Below are positions 1-9,448 of a stretch of DNA of 64,000 nucleotides, in pieces. The stretch's first letter is position 1, and each line of letters opens with the position of its first letter. The position numbers and the translations under genes are program-made. This DNA comes from Candidatus Levybacteria bacterium RIFCSPHIGHO2_01_FULL_38_26 (lineage in GTDB: Bacteria > Patescibacteriota > Microgenomatia > Levybacterales > UBA12049): the NCBI GenBank assembly GCA_001782075.1, contig MFNO01000013.1, positions 48,608 to 112,607 of the forward strand. The letters are read 5' to 3'. The notes below the pieces were generated by a model. It worked only from the letters and a program-made list of their open reading frames with translations. It was not told the origin of the DNA and did no database searches.

Positions 1-2
1 TT

Positions 3-866
3 GCGCGATTTATTTACAGTCCATGGAATTACGGGATAAGCGGGCAATTTAGTCTTCAGGTTGGAGTAGTACATTGGATCAGTATCATTTTAGCAATACC
101 TGTTATATATCTTTTGTACAAGAAAAAAAACAATCTTTGGGTTTTGGGAACCGCAGCTTTTCTCCTCTTTTGGCTGAGTATATTTATAATGACGCCATAT
201 TCCCGCATTATATGGGATAATATTTCGCTCCTTCAAAAATTCCAATTTCCGTGGCGATTTATGTCGGTTGATGTTTTTGCCACAGCCGTTTTGGGTGGGT
301 TATTTTTTTACATTTTACCCAATAAATTTAAATCTTTTGTCGTCCTTTGCTTTGTAGTTCTGATTTTGTTTTTCAATAAAGATTACTGGCACGCGAGTGG
401 CTATCTGCAAAAGCCTGATAGTTTTTTCACAGGTATATATAATGGTACTACTGATACTGGAGAAAGCAGTCCCATCTGGTCTATCCGTTTTATGGAGAAG
501 AGTCCAAAAAAGAATATAGAGGTTGTCAGCGGAGAAGCTAATATTAGGCAGATAAGCAGGAGATCGACAATTCATGTTTATGAAATTAACGCTGCATCTA
601 AATCAAGAGTTTTAGAAAATACTCTGTATTTTCCTGGATGGAGTGTTTATGTTGATGGAAAAGAGGTTGATCCTGAATTTCAGGATCCTGCACACAGGGG
701 GCTTATGACATTTTATGTTGATGAGGGTACACACGCTGTTAGTATTAAGTTTGGAGAAACAAAATTAAGATTATTTTCAAACATAATAAGCGGGATAAGC
801 TTGGCTATTCTATTCTTTTATATTATACTTAATAGTAAAGTATGGCGACAATTTCGGTTGTTTTAG
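3..866 (+). CDS. Polytopic membrane protein, 5'-truncated by the window edge; C-terminal part of a paralog of the 6039..7673 protein
   Basis: The frame is open from nt 3 with no upstream stop, and the first Met is at 114. It shares the motifs FQFPWRF and YFPGWSV(Y/F)V with 6039..7673 and ends in a C-terminal TM helix with a basic tail. Confidence 0.6.
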   Translation, partial: ARFIYSPWNYGISGQFSLQVGVVHWISIILAIPVIYLLYKKKNNLWVLGTAAFLLFWLSIFIMTPYSRIIWDNISLLQKFQFPWRFMSVDVFATAVLGGLFFYILPNKFKSFVVLCFVVLILFFNKDYWHASGYLQKPDSFFTGIYNGTTDTGESSPIWSIRFMEKSPKKNIEVVSGEANIRQISRRSTIHVYEINAASKSRVLENTLYFPGWSVYVDGKEVDPEFQDPAHRGLMTFYVDEGTHAVSIKFGETKLRLFSNIISGISLAILFFYIILNSKVWRQFRLF

Positions 867-1612
867 CAACCTATAATGAGGAAAAAAACCTTCCGGCATG
901 TCTGGATTCAGTTGAAGATTTAGCGGATGAAATAGTTGTTGTGGACGGATGGTCTAAAGATAGAACTGTTCAGATTGCAAAGAAATACGGAGCGAAAGTA
1001 AAAATTACTAACAATCCGCTTATTTTCCATATCAACAAACAAAAAGCAATTGATATGGCAGCGAAAAATTGGGTTTTACAGCTTGACGCTGACGAACACG
1101 TTACTCCAGAGCTGCGTGAGGAAATTAAAGAAGTTATAAAAAAGAAAAAATCAAAAATCAGTGGTTATTGGATTCCGCGGAAAAATTGGTTTTTGGGTAA
1201 ATTCTTGATGAAAGGCGGACAATACCCTGATTATACTCTACGACTTTACAAAAGAGGCAAGGGAAAACTTCCTCAAAAAACTGTTCACGAGCAGGCGGTG
1301 GTGGACGGTGAGGTTGAGTACTTAAAAAATCCCTTACTTCATTATCCATACAAGAATTTTGGTATGTATCTTGAAAAATGGAATAGATATACTGATCTAA
1401 TTGCGACTCAGATCAAAGACCAGTTGAGGGAGAAAAATTTAGCAACTAAAATTTTTTATATGATGGACTTTATTTTTATAAAACCTATTTTTTGGTTTGC
1501 CAACACCTATATAAGACATAAAGGATTTTATGATTTGTGGCCTGGTTTCGTCTTTTCTTTTTTCTCAAGCCTTCGATTTCCAGTGGGATATTTGAAATAT
1601 TTAGGAAAGTGA
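842..1612 (+). CDS. Family-2 glycosyltransferase (GT2)
   Basis: N-terminus VVLATYNEEKNLPACLDSV...VVVDGWSKDRT, then DADE (DxD-like); a typical GT-A fold start. Confidence 0.8.
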   Translation: MATISVVLATYNEEKNLPACLDSVEDLADEIVVVDGWSKDRTVQIAKKYGAKVKITNNPLIFHINKQKAIDMAAKNWVLQLDADEHVTPELREEIKEVIKKKKSKISGYWIPRKNWFLGKFLMKGGQYPDYTLRLYKRGKGKLPQKTVHEQAVVDGEVEYLKNPLLHYPYKNFGMYLEKWNRYTDLIATQIKDQLREKNLATKIFYMMDFIFIKPIFWFANTYIRHKGFYDLWPGFVFSFFSSLRFPVGYLKYLGK

Positions 1613-1640
1613 ATTAAAAAATCAACAGCTCTACCACAGA

Positions 1641-1669
1641 TTGACAATTATCTTATAGTACTGTAGAAT
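1641..1669 (+). promoter_or_regulatory. Sigma70-like promoter: TTGACA, 17-nt spacer, TAGAAT, about 10 nt upstream of the ATG at 1679
   Basis: The hexamers were read directly: -35 TTGACA at 1641-1646 and -10 TAGAAT at 1664-1669. This implies a leaderless or very short-leader mRNA. Confidence 0.4.
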
Positions 1670-1678
1670 ATGTAGTGT

Positions 1679-2461
1679 ATGGGTGGAAATATTGAAAATG
1701 AATTAAGCGGAAGAATGGGTGGCGAATATCGAGTTCCTCGTAATTTAGAGAGGTTAATGGAGGGGCATTTCGCATTTCAAGATTTACTTAAAGACCCATC
1801 TACTTTAGAATCGCTAGGTTATACACAAAGGCAGATTGAATTTGTTCAATCTGCAGTTAATTTAATCCAGCCTCCAAATCCAAATCTAACAAATAGGGGA
1901 TATGAGAATTGGTTTAATTTCGAGCCAAGAGAATATTTAGGTATTCATGAGCAATCAATCATCGAGGCTTCTGAGCCTGGTCTTTATACACTAAGATGTT
2001 TTAAAAGTGTGGGACCATTCAGCCTTAGTTTTAACAGAGAGGAAGAACTACAGTACGTTAGAGAGCATGGTCTTGAAGATGTAGATGAAGTTTTTGGTAG
2101 AGGCAGCAAAGTATTCAATTATCATGTTTTAAATATAATGCTTATCAATCCAAAAATTATATCTCTTGATAGTAACAACGACCTGGCAAAACTTACGCGT
2201 AAAGGAAGACCAGAGTCTAATAGTTTGAAAAAGAAAAGTTTTAACCCGGTTACAAAATTATTATATAAGCATAATTTTGCAGATTATTACAGTTCAAAAT
2301 GGACAGATGAAGCAAAAAATGAATTAGAGATTAGACTAGAAAATGTAGAAAAAGGAATATCTGTTGAAAAATGGAGAAAACTACCTATGTTGCCATCTTC
2401 GGATTTTCATCAAGATCCTCTTCTGCCGATTGGACAAGTAGCTAATGTTGATGTACTATGA
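1679..2461 (+). CDS. Hypothetical protein, no recognisable domain
   Basis: 260-aa ORF that is not membrane-like, with an ATGA overlap to the next gene. Confidence 0.5.
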   Translation: MGGNIENELSGRMGGEYRVPRNLERLMEGHFAFQDLLKDPSTLESLGYTQRQIEFVQSAVNLIQPPNPNLTNRGYENWFNFEPREYLGIHEQSIIEASEPGLYTLRCFKSVGPFSLSFNREEELQYVREHGLEDVDEVFGRGSKVFNYHVLNIMLINPKIISLDSNNDLAKLTRKGRPESNSLKKKSFNPVTKLLYKHNFADYYSSKWTDEAKNELEIRLENVEKGISVEKWRKLPMLPSSDFHQDPLLPIGQVANVDVL

Positions 2462-3369
2462 ATAAAGAAGCGCCCCAGCTGAGCCTCGAAGTAGATAGTT
2501 CTGTAGGAAACTTATTCGATAAAAGTACTCTTTATACTGTTGCATGGCCTATGGGAAAGCTTGTAGATACGATTAAAGAGGCTGGATATAGAGGAATTGA
2601 ATGGCATCCTCTGAGAATAGTAGCAGGTGCGCAAATGAACGCGGGTCTTATTTGTAAGGATGATAAAGATGCAATTGTTTCCCTTCATCAAAGTTATCGC
2701 AGTGAAAAGAATTTGTTAGAAGCATGGCGTCACCAAAATCGCGCTCTTGCACTGATGTCTTATGTTTTACTTCCTGAACGCGTTAGCTCATTGCAAAAGC
2801 TTGAAAAGTTGCAGGGTGTTTTAGGGAAAGCACTACCTATTGTTCTTTACCCTTCTAATCTTGGGGAAGAATCTGGAACAGATAGGAGTTTTGCAGAAAA
2901 AATATTTCAACCCACGTCTGAGATAATGTACAGATGGGACGTAAGAGGAGTGGATGATTTAATTGAAGAAAGTCGCAAACGTGGATATGATGGACTCTGT
3001 CTTGACTTATTTCTTATGAGAGAGAAAGACATAGAAGGATTTGGTTTGAATCCATGGCAAGAAATACTGCCTCAATTATTACCCTACACAAAAGAACTTC
3101 AAGTGTCCGCAGGACGTGGTGATATTCCACAAGAGCATATTGATACATACCAGGAGCTTGAAAATTTATTAACGGATAAAGGTGATTCAGAACTTACAGA
3201 GATGCTTGAAGTTATAAGAAGTTCAGGTTGGAAAGGTCGTGTAGTTACAGAAATTCCTGGCGCTTCATTACATGAAATAAGGAAGAAAAATGGTAATTTT
3301 ACCTCTATGAAAGATCTTATCGAAGATCACAAGAAAATTGTAGGTAATATTCAAGATATACTAGGTTAA
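2458..3369 (+). CDS. Hypothetical protein, with weak resemblance to the xylose-isomerase-like TIM-barrel (sugar-phosphate isomerase/epimerase) fold
   Basis: 303-aa soluble protein. Segments AGYRGIEWHP and GLCLDLFLM loosely recall TIM-barrel sugar isomerases, so the assignment is tentative. Confidence 0.4.
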   Translation: MNKEAPQLSLEVDSSVGNLFDKSTLYTVAWPMGKLVDTIKEAGYRGIEWHPLRIVAGAQMNAGLICKDDKDAIVSLHQSYRSEKNLLEAWRHQNRALALMSYVLLPERVSSLQKLEKLQGVLGKALPIVLYPSNLGEESGTDRSFAEKIFQPTSEIMYRWDVRGVDDLIEESRKRGYDGLCLDLFLMREKDIEGFGLNPWQEILPQLLPYTKELQVSAGRGDIPQEHIDTYQELENLLTDKGDSELTEMLEVIRSSGWKGRVVTEIPGASLHEIRKKNGNFTSMKDLIEDHKKIVGNIQDILG

Positions 3370-3399
3370 GTAAAACGCTGGCCTCTTGGTAACTCTATA

Positions 3400-3428
3400 T
3401 TGCTCAAACATCTGATAAACTTTATAAT
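3400..3428 (+). promoter_or_regulatory. Putative promoter: TTGCTC, 17-nt spacer, TATAAT, upstream of galE
   Basis: -10 TATAAT at about 3423-3428 and a -35-like TTGCTC at about 3400-3405. Confidence 0.3.
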
Positions 3429-3444
3429 AAACTTAGATTAACTT

Positions 3445-4437
3445 ATGAGAGTACTTGTTACTGGTGGGGCTGGGTATATTGGAAGCTTTATGACAAAGCG
3501 GCTTCTTGATTATGGCCACGAGGTCGTGGTTTTTGATAGTTTGGAGAGGGGCTACAGAAATGCGGTTGACACCAGGGCAAAATTTATTCAGGGAGATATT
3601 AAAAATCCTGATTCTCTAGAGATTTTATTTGGAAGCCAAGCAATTGATGCTGTGATGCATTTTGCCGGGTATATTTCAGTTGAGGAATCGACAAAAAATC
3701 CCCAAATGTACCATCTAAATAATACAATTGGTACAGAAAATCTTCTAAAAGCAATGATAGAATTTGGACAAGTTGATAAATTCATTTTTTCCTCAACAGC
3801 TGCAGTATACGGAAATCCAATAAAAACTCCGATTCCGGAAGACCACCCCAAAAATCCAACCAGTCCATACGGAAAAAGCAAACTAGAAGTTGAGGAAATG
3901 CTTCAGATTTTTGGGGAAGAGCAAAGATTAAATTTTGTAAGCCTTCGCTATTTCAACGCTGCGGGAGCAGCTGTTGACGCCTCCATGGGTGAGGCGCATG
4001 AACCAGAGACCCATATCATCCCGTTGGGAATTCTAGCTGCCTTAAAAGGCACAGAATTTAGTTTGTACGGAACAGATTACAATACGCCTGATGGAACTTG
4101 TGTTCGGGATTACATTCATGTGATTGATTTAGTCGAGGCGCATATTTTAGCGCTTAATTATTTAGATAGAGAAAAAGGGGGATTTTTTTACAACGTAGGA
4201 GTAGGAAGAGGATATTCAAATAAGGAAGTAATTGATATGATAAAAAAAGTCTCAGGGAAAGATTTAAAAGTAAAAGTAGAGAATCGAAGAGCTGGAGATC
4301 CGCAGGTCCTAATAGCTGACGCAACTAGGATTCAACGAGAATTGGGTTTTAACCCAAATGTTTCTGATCTTGAAACTATTGTAAAAACTGCATTCTTGTG
4401 GCATCAGAAAAGTTCGAAATACGAGATTGTACTCTAA
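3445..4437 (+). CDS. galE: UDP-glucose 4-epimerase
   Basis: MRVLVTGGAGYIGS Rossmann start, YGKSK catalytic Y-x3-K, and an overall GalE-like 330 aa. Confidence 0.85.
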   Translation: MRVLVTGGAGYIGSFMTKRLLDYGHEVVVFDSLERGYRNAVDTRAKFIQGDIKNPDSLEILFGSQAIDAVMHFAGYISVEESTKNPQMYHLNNTIGTENLLKAMIEFGQVDKFIFSSTAAVYGNPIKTPIPEDHPKNPTSPYGKSKLEVEEMLQIFGEEQRLNFVSLRYFNAAGAAVDASMGEAHEPETHIIPLGILAALKGTEFSLYGTDYNTPDGTCVRDYIHVIDLVEAHILALNYLDREKGGFFYNVGVGRGYSNKEVIDMIKKVSGKDLKVKVENRRAGDPQVLIADATRIQRELGFNPNVSDLETIVKTAFLWHQKSSKYEIVL

Positions 4438-4439
4438 AA

Positions 4440-4973
4440 ATGAAAGGTATTAAACTTTTGCCTTTTGCGCTGGGAATTATTTTATTTTTTTTTATCCCTC
4501 AATCTTCGGTCTTTGCTCAATCGAAATACGTCCTTCCGTATCCATCCGTAATGCCAGGAAGCATTTTTTATAAATTTAATCAAGTCAAAGAGCAAATTTT
4601 GAGATATTGGTATTTTGGCGACTTTGGACAATTTCATTATAATCTTAGACAGTCGGATAAATATTTGGTAGAAGCAAAAACGCTTTTTGATTACAAACAA
4701 TATCTTTTGGGAAATATTGCTTTGGAGAAATCGGATGGGTATTTTGAAGATATTTATCCCAATTTTGTCAATGCCAAAAACAATGGCAAAAACACATCGG
4801 AAAAAGAAATCATGTATAAAGAAGCCGCCAAAAAGCATATAGAGGAACTTAAAAAAGTCAGAAATATTGTTTCATCAATTTTCATTTGGACTCCAGAGAA
4901 CGAGAGTCCAACAACTCTAAAGCTTTGGGAAAGCGTGGATAAGTCTTTGAAGATTAGACAAAAAAGATTATGA
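4440..4973 (+). CDS. Secreted or N-terminally anchored hypothetical protein (DUF5667-like motif)
   Basis: Signal-peptide/TM-like start MKGIKLLPFALGIILFFFIP, then the motif YVLPYPSVMPGSIFYKF, which is shared with the 19915..20484 protein. The start was chosen at the Met just after the galE stop; the track ORF begins at 4398. Confidence 0.55.
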   Translation: MKGIKLLPFALGIILFFFIPQSSVFAQSKYVLPYPSVMPGSIFYKFNQVKEQILRYWYFGDFGQFHYNLRQSDKYLVEAKTLFDYKQYLLGNIALEKSDGYFEDIYPNFVNAKNNGKNTSEKEIMYKEAAKKHIEELKKVRNIVSSIFIWTPENESPTTLKLWESVDKSLKIRQKRL

Positions 4974-6046
4974 GATTAGTTTATGTTTTTATCGCAACCT
5001 TGGTATTGTTTTCCGTTTTTACATACGCCTTTGTTGATAAAAATCTTTCTTATTTAAACAACTTGTACACAGGGCTTTATTTTACTAATAGATTTTTGTT
5101 GGTATCAATCTACACATTTTTGATTTCTATTTTGTTTGGGTGTTTTTATTTCCTTATAAATCATCAGAAAAAAATAAATTTGAAGAAAATAATTTTTTTT
5201 ACAATTACCGTTACTATATTTGCTTATCCGGCGGCACTTGCATTTGATATTTTTAATTACATCACAACTGCAAAAGTTTTGTTTTTGTATCAAGAAAATC
5301 CATATACTATTTACCCAATAGAGTTTAAAGGCGATCCTTATCTTGAATTTACAAGAGCGGCTAATAAAACTGCTCTTTATGGACCGTTTTGGATTATCCT
5401 GACAGGTATTCCTTATTTTTTAGGATTAGGTAATTTTATTGTGATATTGTTTTCATTCAAACTTTTTATTGTAGGATTTTTTGCATCGACAGTGTTTTTA
5501 ATAAACAAAATCGATAAAAACGCGACTTTGTTTTTTGCCCTAAATCCGCTGGTAATTATAGAAACTCTTGTATCGTCGCATAATGATATTGTAATGATAT
5601 TTTTTGCTCTCTTGGGCATTTATTTTCTAAAGTCCAGAAAAGTTTTGTCTTTTTTTTCTCTTCTTGCATCAATTATGATAAAATTCGCGACTGTATTTTT
5701 AATCCCTGTTTTTTTATTAAGTTTATTTACAAAGTTTAGGAGTAAATATAGATACTTTGCAATTTCCATGCTTGTTGTTTTTTTCGTCTCACCTCTTAGG
5801 GAAGAATTATATCCTTGGTATGCTATTTGGTTTATAGCTTTTACAGCTTTTCTTTACAAGAACAAATTCCTGCAAAACCTAGTTTTGGTTTTTTCATTTG
5901 GGCTAATGCTTCGATATATCCCCTACATGGCGAGCGGTAATTATTTTGGCCCAACGCCAATAATTAGAAATATATTGATGTTGTCTCCGGTTTTAGTATT
6001 TTTAATTTACTCGTGGTTTAGAAGTTTGAAAAGAAAAAATGCTTAA
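4970..6046 (+). CDS. Integral membrane protein (about 10 TM), possible GT-C-like glycosyltransferase or polymerase
   Basis: Highly hydrophobic 358 aa with an ATGA overlap to the upstream gene. No soluble domain. Confidence 0.55.
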   Translation: MRLVYVFIATLVLFSVFTYAFVDKNLSYLNNLYTGLYFTNRFLLVSIYTFLISILFGCFYFLINHQKKINLKKIIFFTITVTIFAYPAALAFDIFNYITTAKVLFLYQENPYTIYPIEFKGDPYLEFTRAANKTALYGPFWIILTGIPYFLGLGNFIVILFSFKLFIVGFFASTVFLINKIDKNATLFFALNPLVIIETLVSSHNDIVMIFFALLGIYFLKSRKVLSFFSLLASIMIKFATVFLIPVFLLSLFTKFRSKYRYFAISMLVVFFVSPLREELYPWYAIWFIAFTAFLYKNKFLQNLVLVFSFGLMLRYIPYMASGNYFGPTPIIRNILMLSPVLVFLIYSWFRSLKRKNA

Positions 6047-7673
6047 AAAAATTTTGCCTTTGGTTACAGTTTTTTTATTTGCATTTATTGCAGTTCTGCC
6101 GCTTCTTCACAAAGGATTGCCTCCAACGCACGATGGAGAATATCATGTGGTGAGATTTTATGAATTTGATAAGACACTTCGAGATGGGAGTTTGTATCCG
6201 CGATGGGCAAGTGATCTTAACAGGGGTTATGGAGTGCCACTTTTTAATTTTGTGTATCCATTGCCCAATTACATTGCCTCGTTTTTTCACTTTTTGGGGT
6301 TTAGTTTTATTGACGCGTTTAAGTTAAATATGTTTCTTGCATCAATTTTGGGAGCGGTGTTTTTTTATCTGTGGGCAAAAGCGTTTTGGGGGCGTTGGGG
6401 AGGGATGCTTGGAGGCGTATTTTATACTTTTTCACCTTATCATTTTGTTGATATTTATATTAGGGGATCAGTTGGAGAGGTTTGGGCGCTTGCTTTTTTT
6501 CCGGCATTCTTATGGTGTATTACGAGTTTTGTAAACAATAAAAAGATAATATTTTTTGTTGGTTCTTGTCTGTCCTTAAGTCTAATAATATTTTCTCACA
6601 ACATTTTATCATTAATGTTTTTACCATTTTCTTTTCTTTACATAATTTTTTTAATTAGTTTTCAAAAAGATAAAAAACATCTAATACTCAATTCTTTGTA
6701 CATAATACTATTGGGACTTGGTTTGTCGGCTGTCTTTTGGGTCCCCGCGATTTTTGAAAAACAATATGTTGTTGGACTTGAGGTGTTTGGTTTTGAAAAT
6801 CACTTTGCAGATCTTTATCAACTCATTATCCCATCTTGGGGATCTGGGTTTTCGGGCGAAAGCCTGAATAGCTCTCTTTCTCTTCAGATAGGAATTGCCA
6901 ATTTGTTGGTAGTATTTTTAAGTTTGTTTTTACTTCTTATTTACAGAAAAAATAACAGAAATAGCCATATAGTTTTATTTTTTATTGTCTTATTTTTTGT
7001 GATTTTTTTCTTGATGCAGAAAGGTTCGTTGCCAATCTGGAAAACAGTTCCGTTTATGAATTACTTTCAGTTTCCATGGAGGTTTTTGAGCCTTGAAATA
7101 TTGGTTGCGTCTTTTTTAGCCGGAAGCGTAGTTTATTTTTGGAAATCAAAAATTTTGACAATAGCATTGATTATTCTTTCATTTTTCTTGGGAATCGGTT
7201 ATGCGAAAGTAGCTTACTATCATTATAGGGATGATAATTATTATTTAACACGCTCTAATTTTATAGAAGGTACAAATAGTCCTGGTAATGCTTTTAATAC
7301 GGTATATTTTGACCCAAGCCTTGGAAAAAAGAAAGCAAAAACTGAATTTTTAAAAGGATCAGGCGTAATCGATCAGCAAGAAATAAAATCAACATATTAC
7401 AAATTTAAAATAGAAGCTTTAGAAAATTCCGAAATAAAAGTAAATACAGCTTATTTTCCAGGCTGGTCGGTTTTTGTCAACCGAGCAGAGGTGAAAACAA
7501 ACATAACAGAAGAAGGACTGTTTTCTTTTTATTTGCCTGAAGGCAAGCAGGATATAGCGATAGGTTTGAAAGATACTCCAATAAGAAACATTGGATTTAT
7601 CCTATTTTTAATTACAGGTGCAATTCTTGCAGCTTTGTTTATAAAAGCAATGTTTGGTACAATAAAAAGGTGA
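6039..7673 (+). CDS. Polytopic membrane protein with an extracytoplasmic C-terminal domain and a C-terminal TM anchor (YfhO/PTPS-related-like GT-C candidate)
   Basis: N-terminal TM bundle with PTHDGEYH and NRGYGVP loops. A C-terminal domain of about 180 aa has YFPGWSVFV, followed by a final TM helix and a basic tail. It is a paralog of 3..866. Confidence 0.65.
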   Translation: MLKKILPLVTVFLFAFIAVLPLLHKGLPPTHDGEYHVVRFYEFDKTLRDGSLYPRWASDLNRGYGVPLFNFVYPLPNYIASFFHFLGFSFIDAFKLNMFLASILGAVFFYLWAKAFWGRWGGMLGGVFYTFSPYHFVDIYIRGSVGEVWALAFFPAFLWCITSFVNNKKIIFFVGSCLSLSLIIFSHNILSLMFLPFSFLYIIFLISFQKDKKHLILNSLYIILLGLGLSAVFWVPAIFEKQYVVGLEVFGFENHFADLYQLIIPSWGSGFSGESLNSSLSLQIGIANLLVVFLSLFLLLIYRKNNRNSHIVLFFIVLFFVIFFLMQKGSLPIWKTVPFMNYFQFPWRFLSLEILVASFLAGSVVYFWKSKILTIALIILSFFLGIGYAKVAYYHYRDDNYYLTRSNFIEGTNSPGNAFNTVYFDPSLGKKKAKTEFLKGSGVIDQQEIKSTYYKFKIEALENSEIKVNTAYFPGWSVFVNRAEVKTNITEEGLFSFYLPEGKQDIAIGLKDTPIRNIGFILFLITGAILAALFIKAMFGTIKR

Positions 7674-7679
7674 CTCCAC

Positions 7680-7720
7680 TTTGTAAAAGACTTCGAGGGG
7701 TCATGCCTCCGAAGCATTCT
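7680..7720 (+). terminator. Possible rho-independent terminator
   Basis: Hairpin CTTCGAGG-ggtcatg-CCTCCGAAG (8 bp with one bulge) followed by cattcttt, directly after the stop of 6039..7673. Confidence 0.3.
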
Positions 7721-7792
7721 TTGGGAGGAAAAATAAATTATGAAAAGTCGACATATGTCTATAGTAAAGGAGGCGTATAAGAGCGAAGGGGC

Positions 7793-8833
7793 ATGAAGAT
7801 AGCTATTGATATTTCTCCTTTGGAAAAATCAAGTCTCTTGGCGCACAGAGTACGGGGAACAGGATTTTACATCGATAATCTCAAAAAATCTTTATTAAAG
7901 TATTTTCCACAAAATAAGTATATATTTTTTACCCGAGGAGAAAATTTACCCAAAGATATAAATTTAGTACATTATACTTATTTCGAACCGTTTTTCTTAA
8001 GCCTTCCCGTTATAAAAGCCCAAAAAACAGTTGTAACAGTCCATGATTTAACGCCTCTGGTATTTAAAAAATTTTTCCCGGCTGGAATTAAAGGTAATTT
8101 TAAGTGGCAGATCCAAAAACTGGGATTAAAAACTGCGAATGCTGTTATTACCGATTCTGAATCATCTAAAAAAGACATTATAAAATATACTGGTTTGCCT
8201 TCATCAAGAGTTAATGTTGTCTATTTGGCAGCAGGAGAAGAATTCAAAAGAATCAAGAATATAAAAAACAAATATAATTTACCAGAAAAGTTTGTATTAT
8301 ACGTGGGAGATGTGACGTGGAACAAGAATTTACCAAGACTTATAGAGGCTGTAAAAAAAATTAACGTATCATTTGTAATGATTGGGTCAGCAATTATGCA
8401 AAAAAATTTCGATCGATCTAATCCATGGAATCAGGATTTATCGAAAATTTTAAAACTAACAGAAGATGACAAAAAAATTATAAAACTCGGTTTTGTGTCC
8501 CAGGAAGATTTGGTTGCGATATATAACCTTTCCACTGTTTTTGCCATGCCATCCCTTTACGAGGGTTTTGGTTTGCCTATTTTGGAAGCGATGAGCTGCG
8601 GTTGCCCGGTGGTTACGACTAAAGAGGGTTCTATACAAGAAATAGCAGGAGAGGCGGCGTATTACGTTAATGCTTATGATGTTGATGATATTGCCAATGG
8701 GATTGGTGAGTTGTTTTTTAGTCAAAAACTTCAACAGGAGCTTTCAGAAAAAGGATTGATACAGGCAAAAAAATTTTCATGGAAAAAAACAGCAGAAGAA
8801 ACAATCGGGGTTTATGAACAAGCAACATTGTAA
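7793..8833 (+). CDS. Family-4 glycosyltransferase (GT4)
   Basis: C-terminal EGFGLPILEAMSCGCPVV (EX7E-type motif). Confidence 0.85.
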   Translation: MKIAIDISPLEKSSLLAHRVRGTGFYIDNLKKSLLKYFPQNKYIFFTRGENLPKDINLVHYTYFEPFFLSLPVIKAQKTVVTVHDLTPLVFKKFFPAGIKGNFKWQIQKLGLKTANAVITDSESSKKDIIKYTGLPSSRVNVVYLAAGEEFKRIKNIKNKYNLPEKFVLYVGDVTWNKNLPRLIEAVKKINVSFVMIGSAIMQKNFDRSNPWNQDLSKILKLTEDDKKIIKLGFVSQEDLVAIYNLSTVFAMPSLYEGFGLPILEAMSCGCPVVTTKEGSIQEIAGEAAYYVNAYDVDDIANGIGELFFSQKLQQELSEKGLIQAKKFSWKKTAEETIGVYEQATL

Positions 8834-8872
8834 ATAGCATAGCCAAATGATAACATGTAATGTGTAAACACA

Positions 8873-9448
8873 ATGGAATTTATCACGCTTGAAAATAAAG
8901 CTAGCATTAGCCCCATCAAAGGTGTTTTGATGTATCCTTTGAAAATCAACAGCGATGAATCTGGGGGAATTTTGGTAGAGACCATGCGAACTGACTGGAA
9001 AGAAATTTATGGTCCCGGCAGAGAATTTTTCATGCAGTACTATTCAGTTACTGACAGCGAAGTGGCAAGAGATGAGAAGGTTTGGCATTATCACCCAAAT
9101 TATCAAGAAGACAGATTTTTGGTTGCGCAGGGTAGTGTGGTTGTAGCGGTAGCCGATAATAGAGATGATTCCCCAACGAATGGAGTCCTAAATCTTTTTT
9201 TGATGGAGGCCTACAAAAACCCATATATACTCCTTATTCCAAAAAAAACACTGCATGGGTTTATGGTGGTTTCAAAGGAGAAAGGTATTCTTTTGAATTA
9301 TCCAACCGGTCTTTATAACCCAAACGAAGAAGGAAGAATTCCCCATGAGCAGGCCAATATCAAGCTTGAAAATGGAAGTTTATTTTCCTGGGAAGAGGTA
9401 AAGAGAAGTTTTTTTGTAAATTATTATCCCCATGAGAAAACTATTTAA
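8873..9448 (+). CDS. dTDP-4-dehydrorhamnose 3,5-epimerase-family cupin (RmlC-like)
   Basis: ISPIKGVL...NSDESGGILVETM, WHYHPNYQEDRFLVAQGSVVVAVADNRDDSPTNG and LIPKKTLHGF match the RmlC motif layout. Confidence 0.6.
   Translation: MEFITLENKASISPIKGVLMYPLKINSDESGGILVETMRTDWKEIYGPGREFFMQYYSVTDSEVARDEKVWHYHPNYQEDRFLVAQGSVVVAVADNRDDSPTNGVLNLFLMEAYKNPYILLIPKKTLHGFMVVSKEKGILLNYPTGLYNPNEEGRIPHEQANIKLENGSLFSWEEVKRSFFVNYYPHEKTI

Noticed and set aside
315-575. Numerous short antisense or out-of-frame ORFs of 60-144 aa, e.g. 315..575(-), 1158..1349(-), 3588..3881(-), 4482..4838(-), 5105..5293(-), 6075..6290(-), 8456..8734(-), 28620..29054(-), 29825..30223(-), 41112..41471(-), 48876..49217(-)
   Set aside because: Each lies entirely inside a longer ORF with clear conserved-domain motifs on the other strand or frame. 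Their translations are low-complexity. I judged them spurious, typical of AT-rich DNA.
4398-4439. Upstream extension of the secreted-protein ORF (start at 4398, overlapping the galE 3' end)
   Set aside because: The Met at 4440 immediately follows the galE stop and begins a signal-peptide-like segment. The 14-residue extension is hydrophilic and probably not translated, but this is uncertain.
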